A stretch of 33,000 nt of DNA from Antechinus flavipes (lineage: Eukaryota). A program made the position numbers and the translations under genes. Below are positions 10,846-22,410 of this stretch, piece after piece. The notes beneath the pieces were generated by a model that worked only from the letters and a program-made list of their open reading frames with translations, was not told the DNA's origin and made no database searches. The stretch's first letter is position 1, and every line of letters begins with the position of its first letter. Where the stretch lies: contig NC_067404.1 of assembly GCF_016432865.1 (NCBI RefSeq), positions 31,961,001 through 31,994,000 on the forward strand, in the 5' to 3' direction.

Positions 10846-11559
10846 GGCATTGATGAATGCTTATCACCAAAGATGGAGGCACGTATATAGTAGATCCTTG
10901 AACCTGTTCATGGGAGATAGGAAGACTAATCTGAGTATGGGCATTTTTCATTTACCTACTATATGGGAAAAACCAATAGGTCTACAGATTAACTCAGGTC
11001 ATATATAGCATTGGACACACCAAGTTCAAGTCCAAAATTCCTGTGGGCTTGCTTCTAGGACCTTGGCTTCTCAGGGCTGTGTTTGCTGAGCTGGTGACAA
11101 CATCTGGCTTGGAATCCTAGGCTTCAAGATCCCCATGGCTCGAACTTCCAGGTCAGAGGCACTTAGAACTGAAGATAACTAACAAAACTTATCAAAATCC
11201 CAAGCCCATTTTTGGGGGCCACGTGGCTTGGGGGTATGTGGCCCTCGGGTCCTTCTACTGCTTTATTATATGGTATCACCTCTGATCAATGGAGTACTTA
11301 CTTCTGGGTTCAGAAAAGAGAAAGCAAGACTGTTCCATTCAGACTGTATTAAAGAGGTGGCCAGTTCCAGCTATGCAGCCAATGGAAAAGGGCTGCCACC
11401 AACCATACTGCCACCAAAAGTGGGAACCACGAATGTTCCCAGAGGCAGGTCCCTGGGATCTCCCACATAGGTGCCTCCAACTTAGGTAATTTGGGCAGGC
11501 GTCAAATCCCCTTCCAGACAGTTGGCCATAAACATTAACACGTACATGCGTGTATGTGG

Positions 11560-12200
11560 AGACAATTTGCAAAGGAAATTTAAAATAAATACAAAGCAGT
11601 TGGATAGGGAGGGCATTGGCAGTGGAGGAAGCAGGAAAGGCAGTCTTGAAGGAAGTGAGGGATTCTATGAGGAGAAGGTAAAGAAGGAACATGTCCCACA
11701 CATGTGGGGCAGCTAATGCAAAGGCACACAGATGGAAGATGGAATCCCACACATGGAAGAGAGGGAAGGCCGGTTTGGTTGGACCATAGAGTGAAGGAAG
11801 AAGAGTAATGTATAATGAGAATGGAAAGTGGACTTGAGGCCAGAATTCTAAAACCAAACAACAGACTTTCTATTTTATTTTAGAAGTAATAGGTGGAGTT
11901 TATTGGGAGACAGAAGGTTGGTAGGGCCAAATCTGCATTTAGGGGGAATTATTTTTGTACCTGTACAGAGGATAGATTGGAGCATAGAGTCAGGGAGGCC
12001 AGTAAGAAGGCCATTGTAGTAGTCCAGGCAGGAGGGGATAAGGGCCTGGACCAGAGTGGGAGCTATAGGAATAAAGAGAAAGGCGCAGATGTAAGAGATG
12101 TTGTAGAGAGAGAAACAATAAAATTTAGCAACCAATTAGACATGTGGTTTAAGGGAGAACAAATGACCCAGAATAATGCTAGATAACAACAAGGAAACAA
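11560..12200 (-). mobile_element. LINE-2 fragment
   Basis: ggaggccagtaagaaggccattgtagtagtccaggcaggagg...gggcctggaccagagtggg...aaatttagcaaccaattagacatgtgg is typical antisense L2. Confidence 0.7.
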
Positions 12201-12284
12201 ACCAGTGGTGGTAAAAGGTGGAAGTTAGTGTGTTTGTTCAGGTAACCACCCAAACACATCACACAATCAACACCCCACCTAGCT

Positions 12285-12574
12285 NNNNNNNNNNNNNNNN
12301 NNNNNNNNNNNNNNNNNNNNNNNNNNNNNNNNNNNNNNNNNNNNNNNNNNNNNNNNNNNNNNNNNNNNNNNNNNNNNNNNNNNNNNNNNNNNNNNNNNNN
12401 NNNNNNNNNNNNNNNNNNNNNNNNNNNNNNNNNNNNNNNNNNNNNNNNNNNNNNNNNNNNNNNNNNNNNNNNNNNNNNNNNNNNNNNNNNNNNNNNNNNN
12501 NNNNNNNNNNNNNNNNNNNNNNNNNNNNNNNNNNNNNNNNNNNNNNNNNNNNNNNNNNNNNNNNNNNNNNNNNN
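12285..12574. other. Assembly gap (290 N)
   Basis: Run of N. Confidence 1.
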
Positions 12575-12729
12575 TGCACACACATCTTTGTGGTGTGAGC
12601 AATTTAAGTTAGAAGGTCAACTAGGAACTATCTGCTCTTGACATTGAAAGTTTATTCATATGTTAGAGGGATTGCTTTCTGGTGACTTGGTTTTTTCCAT
12701 CCAATAGTAGATACTAATATTGGGTATTA

Positions 12730-13395
12730 AGTTGCCAAATTTTGTCATCTCTACTTCTGCATCTCTTGCATACTGGCCCTTCTCTCTGTCCACATAGCAA
12801 ATCATTCAAGTTCATGTCCCCTCTCTTCTGGACTATGACGATAGTCTTCCCACTTCAAATTTCTCCCTTCTCCAACCTTCTTCCCACAGCTGCCAAAAGC
12901 AGTTTTTTCCTAAGGCACAAGTCTGACTGTCACTCCTTTGCTCAAAATCCATCAATGGCTCTCCACTGACTCTGGGATCAGGCCCAAACTCTATAGTGTA
13001 GCATTGAAAGCTCTCCGAAGTCTGGCCCCCAGCCACATTGCTAGCCCTATTTACACAAACTGGACTATACTCCACTTCTCTGAACCTGGTACCATATTGT
13101 CTTCCTCTGGTGACCTCTGTCTCTCTCAATCCTTGGCTTCCTTCAGGGCTCAGCTTATGGGCTACTTGCTGTATGAAGTTTTCTTGAATTTCCCCTTCCC
13201 CTGTGCCACCCCCCGGCTGTTCCTGTTCCCTCCTTCCTCAGTTTTCCTGACACTTTGTGGACACACTGGATTCATTCCCGACACGACGGGAGCTCTCGAG
13301 AGCACGGAGAGTTGTATTTCCATCTTTGTACGCCCAGTTTTGGGCGCAGGGCCTTGCACATAGTAAGCAATTAATAAGTGTTTGTTGAATTAAAT
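12730..13395 (+). mobile_element. LINE-2 3' fragment(s)
   Basis: ttcctaaggcacaagtctgactgtcactcctttgctcaaaatccatcaatggctctcc and tail gcacatagtaagcaattaataagtgtttgttgaat. Confidence 0.7.
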
Positions 13396-13959
13396 TGGCC
13401 AACATCCAAGAGGCCATTGTTGGTGGCAAACTCTAATAGATCCACCCATAGATCTACACCTATATACAAATAGAGATGTAGACACAGAGACACTCCCATA
13501 AAATTACAAATACGCTCGCTTAATAAAGTAGATGCGTAATAAAGTACACATAAGTACAGGAACACATAAAACATGCTGCCATCATTTCCCAGTTACACTC
13601 ACAATGCCTGTGTGTGGTCCCATGTGTGTGAAGTGGGGGGCTGGCTGAATAAATGAGTAGACCAGGGCTCAGATGGGTTGAGGGAGTGGAGAGAAGTTTG
13701 GCAGAAGGAGACAGGCTGAGCAAACAATTGGGAATAAGCTTGCATTCTCCTATAAAGTCTTCCATGCTCTTTCTAAAGCCATTGGAGTAGTTTGGAGAAT
13801 TTTGTGCCCTCTCCTGAGAAAAGCTGCTATTTCTGTAGAGGGTATGAGTGGTTAAAGAATATGGTAGGCTCTGGAAAGGAAGTGGAAGAGAAGGGGATTA
13901 AGGGTCTTAGCCATTCCTTTCCTTCTCTCCCATGCTTGCTACCCAATTTTCTCTAGATG

Positions 13960-14555
13960 AAAGGTCTACAGGTCTGCTCGTAGTCACCTAGCCTCCTTCT
14001 GCCTTCCCAGTCTTCTTACACTTTATTCCCCAATATGTACTCTTAGATCCAGTGACTGGCCTCCCAGTTGTTCCCTCCTTCTATCCTGACTCCCAGAATT
14101 CTCTCTGGTTGTCCCCCATGCTTGAAATGCTCTCGATCTTCAACTACTTCTCTGGCTCCCTGTAAGTTTTAACCCAAATCCCGCCTCCTCCAGGAAGCCT
14201 TCTCCAAGCCCTCTTCATTTCAGCGCCTTCCCTCTGGTTATTATTTCCCGTTTACTCTGTACCCAGCTTGCTTTATATTATGTTTGCATATTGTCTCCTC
14301 CATTAGATTACCAGACCGCTGGCCTTCCCACTTCTAGATCTGAGCATCAAAATCAAAGCACCACTGCCATTCCTTGGGAAGGACATGTTGCTCAATAGCC
14401 CTGTGACTGCTCACCATCCCTGGAACTAGCTAGACCAAAATATTCTCTTCTATTCATCATCCCCCTTCATGTATTGTCTTCTGTTAGAATCTAAGTTTGT
14501 TGAGGGCAGACATTGTATTCCCATAGTGCCCTACACATAGAAAATACTTAACACG
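13960..14555 (+). mobile_element. LINE-2 3' fragment(s), interrupted
   Basis: tccaggaagccttctccaagcc...tgtttgcatattgtctcctccattagat and agaatctaagtttgttgagggcag...cccatagtgccctacacatag. Confidence 0.55.
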
Positions 14556-14579
14556 TTTTTGTCCCCCCAGCCATGGGTG

Positions 14580-14870
14580 TGTCTGCCTACCTGTCTCTCT
14601 GTATCTGTCTGTCTCTACTTCTGTCTTTATATTTTTTCTCTGTCTCTCTGACTCCATCTTCCTCTCCTTTCCTCTTGCTGTCTATTTCTCAGTCTCTCTG
14701 TTTCTCTCTCCCTCTCCCTTTGGATTTGTCTCTATCTCTATTTCTGTCTGTCTTTTTCTTTTTTTTCTCTCTCTCCTTCTCCCTCACTTTGTCTCTATTT
14801 CTGTTTCTCTCTCAGTCTCTGTGTCTCTTTCTACGTCTTCCCCCCCCCACCTCTGTCTGTTTCTCTCTCT
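14580..14870. repeat. Pyrimidine-rich (TC/TCTG)n low-complexity array
   Basis: ctgtctctctgtatctgtctgtctctac...tctctctccttctccctc...; the source of ORF 14573-14875. Confidence 0.85.
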
Positions 14871-15239
14871 CTTGAAGGGTTAAATTCCTTCAAGTTCCAA
14901 GGTAATATCTCATGTCCCAGGGTAATGTCTTATGATAGATGTCTTCCCAGAGCCCTTTAAAAAGTTGATTTGACAGAAAACTGTTAATTAGGTCTGGTGG
15001 ATAGCTTGGGAATCCTTCTTTTTATGTGCATTTATCATAAGCTGAGGGAATGAAAAGTCACTGAAAGAGAGGCGCCGAGGTAGAGGGAGGGCGGGAGTTC
15101 TGAAGTGAGTAGCAGCAGTAAACATTATTTCATATGATCCAGTGATGGCTGCCATGTAAAGGTAAACTACATGGACCATGTCCCGCCCTCAGGGGGTTTA
15201 ATGAGACAGTAACCCAAACAATGGGTACAGGAGAGGCTC

Positions 15240-15415
15240 ACCCAATGGAATGCTGATCCTGGAGTTGGGAAGACCTGGGTTCAAATGTGGTCTCAGACAT
15301 TTAGTAGCTATGTAATCATGGACAAACCATTCGACCTGAGTTTCTACATCTTTAAAATGAGGATGGGCAGTTGGGTGGCGCTGCAGTGGATAGAAAACTG
15401 AGCTTGGAGTCAGAT
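15240..15415 (+). mobile_element. CORE-SINE head/core fragments
   Basis: cctggagttggaagacctgggttcaaatgtggtctcagacatttagtagct...ctgagtttctacatctttaaaatgagg, followed by a second head. Confidence 0.65.
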
Positions 15416-16284
15416 AAACTTGCTCTTCTTGGTCCCAGAAAACCAGGAGAAATAAGCGGATGGGACAAATTTCAGATCGGCTGGAGACAAGAGTAGAATG
15501 GGTGGACTAGAGGGCCTGGATGACCATTTGTTGGGAATGCTGGAAAGGGGATCCTCCAGAATCCTAAGCTTCTGAGGCTTTACCAAAAAGAAACAAAACA
15601 GGCAATGGAGACATGAATGAGGCCTTTCTATCTGTATCAGGTACAATTTGAGCGTAAACGTCGACATGGGCAAGTTGAGTAAGAAGACCACAGTGGGCGG
15701 CTTCTTAGGGAACGGTCTCATTACAATCTCTCTTGAGCTCCAGTTCCACAGCACCAGCTGCTTACTGGACATTTCTAGTTGACCTATTGGTATTTCCTAA
15801 CCCATGGGGTGAGGGAAGGAGGTAATTGGTGAAACTCGGAGGGATTGCTATGGGGAAACATAAGTAGAGTGAGGCAGTGGGATGGATTCCCAAAGAAAAC
15901 GTGGCAGTTGGCCTAAGAGGAATACGAAACCATTCCGCCTTTCTTTTTATGTGCATTTGGGACTGGTTGCAAGGATCAGGGAGGGAGGGAGAAAGAGAAA
16001 GGGAAGATGGGAGATGTCTGCTGTTGTAGCAGCTTTTATGTTCTCTTGCATTCCCGTTGTTTTCTCTCTCTCTCTGGAATCGATCCCTGACCCTGTCAGG
16101 TTAAACAACAATGGTAGGGAATTATTATCTTGTTAGCTGTCACAGCTACACCTGAAAAAGAAGGGAAAGCTTCAAGACTTAGGCACTCTCCAGGCTATAA
16201 CTTGGACCTTGGGACTCCTCTCCACAGCATTTGGCACTACTGATCACTCCTAGATTAATTTCTCTTCTCTTGGTTTCTGGGGCA

Positions 16285-16530
16285 GTTAGGGGGAACAGTG
16301 AACAGAGCACTGGGCTGAGGATAAGGAAGAGTCATCTTTATGAGTTAAAATCTGGCCTCAGACACTGCCTAGCTGTGTGACCCTTGGCAAGTCACTTAAC
16401 CCTGTTTGCCTCAGTTTCCTTATCTGTAAAATGAGTTGGAGAAGGAAATGGCCAACCACTCCAGTATCTTTGCCAAAAAAAAAAAAAGGAAATCAAACCC
16501 ATACGGGGTCAAATGTGACTGAACATTAAT
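16285..16530 (+). mobile_element. Mar1-like CORE-SINE
   Basis: ctggcctcagacact...gctgtgtgacccttggcaagtcacttaaccctgtttgcctcagtttcc...ggagaaggaaatggccaaccactccagtatctttgccaa. Confidence 0.85.
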
Positions 16531-17499
16531 AGACTACTGGTTTTCATGACACTGCTCTCTCTCAGTATCTTTTCCCGCCCTTCATCCATGTCCTGCCCAG
16601 CTTTGTCTTGGGCCCTCTTTTCTCTCTCTTTCTCTTGGCAATTCCACCAATTCTCTTGGTTTCAATTATCATCTCTATGCTGAAATCAGCTGTTCTAGAC
16701 ATCCTAGACAGTCCTAACCTCTCTGGTCCGCCCTAATCCCACAGTACCAACTGCTGCCAGACCTGCGGACATGTCCACCTGAATATTCTGTTCATATCTC
16801 AAACTCAACATGTCCAAGATAAATCTCATTACTGAGAGAAAAAAAAGATTATTAAATAATTAATTGGGAACATTGGGAAGATCCAAGATTTTTTCCCTTC
16901 CTAGATCTTCATTCCCTATTAGGCCAAACCAGCATCTGAAGGGCATTATTAATGGATGAGATTGCCCAAATTCCCAGAATACACACTGCTCCATCCCCGG
17001 TGGCAGTTGTTGCCATACTCAACTAGAGACTCTTACAAAGAATTTAATAGAAGGTGAATTCTAGCCCAGTGTTCCACTCAGCCAGGTCTGAGCAGAAACG
17101 GACCCCCTCTTGTCTAAATCCGAATTCTAAATATCCAGACTACCTCGGGGGTAGTCTGGATAAGAGGTAAGTGTCTTAGACCCAGACTGAGTGATCAATC
17201 ATGTCCCCCAGAGCCTCATTAGAATAATTCTTTCTCTCTCTCTCTCTCATTATAATGTTCATCCTCTCATTACTTGTTAACTAATCAAGAGTTGATTGCC
17301 ATCCTCAGGAACACCCACTCTTCCAAGGACATACAAGTGTTGAACGGGTTCCATGAGGGGTCTTTGGCTTTTCACTGACCCCCTTTGTTAATTCTTGCTA
17401 GCATTACTGACAAAATGATTAATTACCCAGAAATTACGTCTTGAACTATTTATACGCCATATTACCTTTCCTCCCGAAATTTTCTCTTCCCCTGAATTT

Positions 17500-18062
17500 T
17501 TAAAATTACTGTCAAGGGGGTTACCATCCTTCTGATCATCAAAATCCAATGTGTCTAATCAATTTCCAAGTTCCTCTCACGTGTCCCCTTCTTTCCACTC
17601 AGGAAAGAAGACTATTCTAATCTAGGCGCTCATCGCCCCTCACTCAGATTATTGTAATGGTTCCTAAATGGATTCCCTGTCACAAGTCTCTCCCTTTCAT
17701 CTACCACACAACTGCCAAGGGGATATTCCTAAAGCACAAGAATATCATGTCCGTGGGATGCCCCCACTCAAGAAGCCCTCATCTTCAGGGTCCCTATAGG
17801 ATAAAATATACTCATCTGTTTGGCGTTTAAAGCCCTTCACATTCTAGCTTCTGGTCTCCCTTTCAGGCTTATTCCACGACTCCCCTTACTTTAGTCTACA
17901 TTCCAAATTGATCACCGTGGTGTTCTTCCCCTTGCTTCCCATTCCATCTCTGGCCTCTTGACCTTTGAAGAAGGAGCTCCACGCCTGGAGTGCATATTTC
18001 ATCTAAAACTCCCTCGCTTCCTTCAAAATTCAGGCTAAGTGAGACTTCTGCCACACTTCCCT
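17500..18062 (+). mobile_element. LINE-2 fragment
   Basis: ctctcactcagattattgtaatggttcct...atattcctaaagcacaag...ggataaaatatactcatctgtttggcgtttaaagcccttcaca. Confidence 0.65.
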
Positions 18063-18064
18063 GT

Positions 18065-18700
18065 TCTATGAGACAGAATCAGAAAGAAACAGAGACACAG
18101 AGAGAGAGAGAGGTAGAGAGAATTGGAGAGACACAGAGGCAGAGAATCAGATTCAGAGAAAGACTGAGACAGAAAGAGACAGAGATAGAAACAGAAAGAA
18201 TTAGAGAGACACAGAGAGAATCAGACACAGAGACAGAGACAGAGAAAATTGAAGAGACACGGAGACAGAGACTCAGAAAGACACAGAGACAGAGAGAGAA
18301 AACTGGAGAGGCACAGAGACAGATTCAGAGACAGAGAAAGACTGAGACAGAGACAGAGAATTGGAGAGACACAGACAGAGAATCAGAAAGACAGAGACAG
18401 AGAAAATTAGAGAGACACAGAGACAAAAACTCAGAAAGACACAGAGAGAGAAAACTGGAGAGACACAGAGACAGAAGCAGAGACAGAGAAAGACTGAGAC
18501 AGAAAGAGACAGAGAATTGGAGAGATACAGAGACAGAGAATCAGAAAGACAGAGACAGAGAAAATTAGAGAGACACAGAGACAGAGAATCAGAGACAGAG
18601 AAAGACTGAGACAGAAAGAGATGGAGAGAGGACATTGGAGAGAAACAGAGACAAGAGAATCAAAGTGACAGGGACAGACAGAGAAAAAGACAAAGAGACA
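18065..18700. repeat. Purine-rich (GAGACA/GA)n compound tandem array
   Basis: Continuous agagacagag-type units; it generates the stop-free ORFs 17990-18568, 18273-18635 and 18361-18609. Confidence 0.95.
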
Positions 18701-19029
18701 GACTCAATCCCATTTCCCAGTCCTCACCTACTATGCCTTCTCTCACTGATCTGTCGTTGATTTGTGTGGACATGTTATTTCCCTGCTGGAATGGACATTC
18801 AAAGGCAGGGATGATTTTTTTGGTACCTCCAGTGCCTAGCACATAGTAGGCACTAAGGTACACTGATCATACTTGGACTCTCCCTAGATCACAGAGTAAG
18901 ATGGGCTAGGTTCCAGATCAAAGGAACCTGGAATTCAGGTTTCTTCAGGGCCTCCGGACTCTGCATTGTGTGACGGATGGAATTTCTCTACAAATAGAGG
19001 CTTTGCTAAGTAAATCAGCGGGGCAAACA

Positions 19030-19660
19030 ACACCGTTGGGGAGCATCTCATCACCTCACTCTGATGGCTTGCAGCGGTCCCCCCGTTGGTCTCCCTGCTT
19101 CGAATCTCTCCTCACTCTGAACCACCCTCCACTCAGCTGCCAAAGTGGATTTGCTTAAAGCAAAGGTCCAGCTCTATGATCCTCTACTCAATCAATGCCA
19201 GCAGCTCCCTATTGCCTCCCGGATCCGATACGAAATCCTCTGGTGTTTAAAGCCCTCTACGACTTAATCCTTCCCTGTGGAAGGATTACTCCCTTCCACA
19301 CGTGCTAAGGTTTGACAAATCGATTTGCTCGGTCTGCCCGTATCATCTTTATTCTGTGTCTTTGTCTTGACTCTCCGGACATCTGGAATGGCCTTGCCCT
19401 TCGCTTCTAACTCTTAGACTGAATGTCTGGCTTCCTTTACCACTCGAGTCCCGGTCCTTCCAGCAGCTAGCGCCTCCCCCCAACATGGTTACCTTCCATC
19501 TCGTATGTATATTTCTTAGATACGATATCCCAATATATTCACGTTTCCTCATTAGAATATAAGTTCCATGAGGATGGGGGCCGTATCGATTTTTTTGTTG
19601 GTATTCCCAGCACTTAGCACAGTGCCAGGCACACAGTAAGCACATAATAAATGCTGGCTT
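19030..19660 (+). mobile_element. LINE-2 3' fragment
   Basis: ctgccaaagtggatttgcttaaagcaaaggtcca...tagaatataagttccatgagga...cccagcacttagcacagtgccaggcacacagtaagcacataataaatgct. Confidence 0.75.
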
Positions 19661-20369
19661 GCTTGTCTGCCATCTAACCTATTTAAGGGAGCATACTCTT
19701 CTCAGATGTTCTCAAATACTTGGAAGTGGACGATGTAAATATATTTATGCCCAAACAATTGCTTTGTTATAGTTCAGGATTTCCCACGCCCACCATTGAA
19801 GACCAGAACCTCAGAGCTGGTTTCATTAGTTTCAGTGTCCATTCATCAAACAGCAGACAGCCGTCTGGCATCTCCAGTCCCATCAGTATCCTTCAGAGTC
19901 GGAGGGCGGAGGGCGGGAGACTTTTATGAAAGGCAGTCCCTTGCTGGGCCCATAATTTCAGCCTTTCTGAATTGTTAGTCAGCCTTTACAACCTTCTAAA
20001 TCCTAAGCTCAGCTGGCAAGGCCTTGGGGAGGCCAGACTCATCTCTACACAATGAAAAAAGCCTTAGAGGGAGAGAGCTGTTGTTAATTATAATTCCGTG
20101 CTTACATATTCATTAAAGCAGGCTCCCTAAGGACCTCTACAAGACAACACTTTGTTAGCCTAATTCTAATTATTCACTGTACCTTAAAGCAACAGAACTG
20201 CAGTGCTTTGCAAGTATTCTGACCCCATCTTTTCATGGATTCTTTCTAGCCTTCTTCTCAGTTAGTTTTAATTAATGAATTATTATGTTTCTCTCCTGAT
20301 CTGGCAGCATTTATCCTGCCTTTAACAATGAATCTCTCCTATTCTAGCTCAGCGTTCCATGCGCGCGCG

Positions 20370-20760
20370 TGTGTGAGAGCTAGAGACAGAGAGCCAGAGA
20401 CAGTCAGAGAGATAGAGACCGAGAGACAGAAACAGAGAGAATCAAAAAAGAGAGACAGAGAGAAATCAGAGATAGACAGAAAATCAGAGAGACAGACAGA
20501 GAATCAGAAATAGAAATAGATGATCAGAAAGAGACAGAGAGAAAGAATCAAAAAGAAAGAGAAAGAGAACCAGAAAGACAGAGACAGAGAGATAGAGAAT
20601 CAAGAAGAGACAGAGACAGAGAGACAGATATAGGAAAGAGGACAGAGGGAAAGAGAAACTGAGTGGGGAGAGATGCAAAATTAGGAGATGCAAAGCGGGA
20701 AGAGAGAAACAGGGCACAAGGGTGCGCAAGATAGAGAAGATAGAGGTGTGGGGGAGAGAT
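20370..20760. repeat. Purine-rich (GAGACA)n-like low-complexity array
   Basis: agagacagagagccagagacagtcagagagatagagaccgagagacagaaacagagag... Confidence 0.85.
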
Positions 20761-21330
20761 GAAACAATGACTTCCTACAAGATTAGCAAGTAAAAAGAAT
20801 ATGATATATTATATTCTTCCTATCATAAGAAACTAGGATCCCATTTACTTATAAAAGCTTAAAAGTCAACAGAAAGAACTGGAAGAAATCCTTCCTGACT
20901 CTTTCTCAGGTCAATCTGTCTCAGCCTTCAAGACAGAGATGAAACAAATTACACTTTTTCTTATTCTAACCTTAGCTGTTCTTTCCACACTCACACCTAG
21001 TGTTTGATGACTTGTTCGTGTTCAAATTTCCCCCGGACCAAACACGTAAGATCAAGTGTCTTAAGGGGCTTGACCACCTTCTTCCATGGCCCTCCCAACA
21101 TTATTTCTATGCTAAGGCACTGGAGTGCCAGTTAAATTCCAGTTTGGTTACTTTCTAATGAGAGGAGAAAATCATCTTTCAATTTCTCGACCGTGTGGCT
21201 TGAACTCAGACTCTTCCCGGATTAGGATCTGTCTTGAGAATCAATGCAATAAAATGAGGTTCAAACAAGCTTCCTTTTGCAAAAACATCAGACTCATTAT
21301 GTCGAGTTATTTTGGTTGTTTTGAAAGGAC

Positions 21331-21336
21331 TTTATT
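21331..21336 (-). promoter_or_regulatory. Candidate proximal polyadenylation signal (AATAAA) in the MID2 3' UTR
   Basis: + strand TTTATT, about 115 nt downstream of the MID2 stop. Motif only; the true 3' end may lie further downstream. Confidence 0.25.
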
Positions 21337-21449
21337 TCATTATTTTTTCTGAAGATTAGCTGAAGATGAGGCGGGGACAGACTTTGCTGGCAGGATGCTC
21401 TACTCTCTGCCTTGGGGAGCAGCCACAGAAACACGTGCTCTTTTGGAAC

Positions 21450-21890
<441 letters not shown>

Positions 21891-22179
21891 TCATTCTTTC
21901 ATTCATTTAGTAGCTTTCATGAAACTCCAAAATGGGGCAACCTTGAGTTAGGTGCTACGAGAAATACACAGGAAATGCATCACCCTCAAAGAGTTTACAA
22001 TCTAAATTTCTGAGAAGCGGTTACTTTACTCAAGTGTGAAACGCTCAATCATATGTCAATTATGTGAAGTATATCCTCACATAGATGTTGAGTGGGAGAA
22101 CCCAGCGATTCAGTTTCCTTATCTGTAAAAAGTGAGGACATTAGACTAAATCGCTTTTGATGTCCTTTTCATTCCGTGC

Positions 22180-22410
22180 TAGAGAGTAGCAAGGTGGCAC
22201 TATAGGGGATAGAGTGCCAGGCCTGAAGACAGGAAGAGCTGAGTTCAAACACTTCCTAAGCTGTTACTTAGTAACAGCTGGTTTGCCTCAGTATCTATAT
22301 AACGAGTTAGAGAAGGAAATTATAAACCACTCTTGAATATCTGCCCAGAAAACTCCAAATGGGGACGCAAAGGGTCGGACATCACTGAAATGGCTGAACA
22401 ACCACAACCA
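22180..22410 (+). mobile_element. Mar1-like CORE-SINE in the last MID2 intron
   Basis: ggatagagtgccaggcctgaagacaggaagagctgagttcaaa...agaaggaaattataaaccactcttgaatatctgcccagaaaactccaaatgggg...ggctgaacaaccacaac. Confidence 0.75.

Noticed and set aside
11339-12186. 172-aa, 93-aa, 86-aa and 97-aa ORFs
   Set aside because: They largely overlap an L2 fragment and show no recognisable domain.
13450-13790. Possible LTR fragment
   Set aside because: No definable TG..CA ends or TSD; too weak to call.
15410-15772. 120-aa minus-strand ORF (MSSKQLVLWNW...)
   Set aside because: No recognisable domain; it ends in a SINE and starts across a predicted donor site.
17990-18635. 192-aa and overlapping ORFs rich in E/R/T/Q or S/L/C/V
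   Set aside because: These are translations of the (GAGACA)n array, which lacks stop codons.
1-21000. Search for VSIG1 or TEX13 exons, the human neighbours downstream of MID2
   Set aside because: No Ig-domain or TEX13-like peptide was recognised; LVKPTLKKCS at about 1470 is on the wrong strand and too short.
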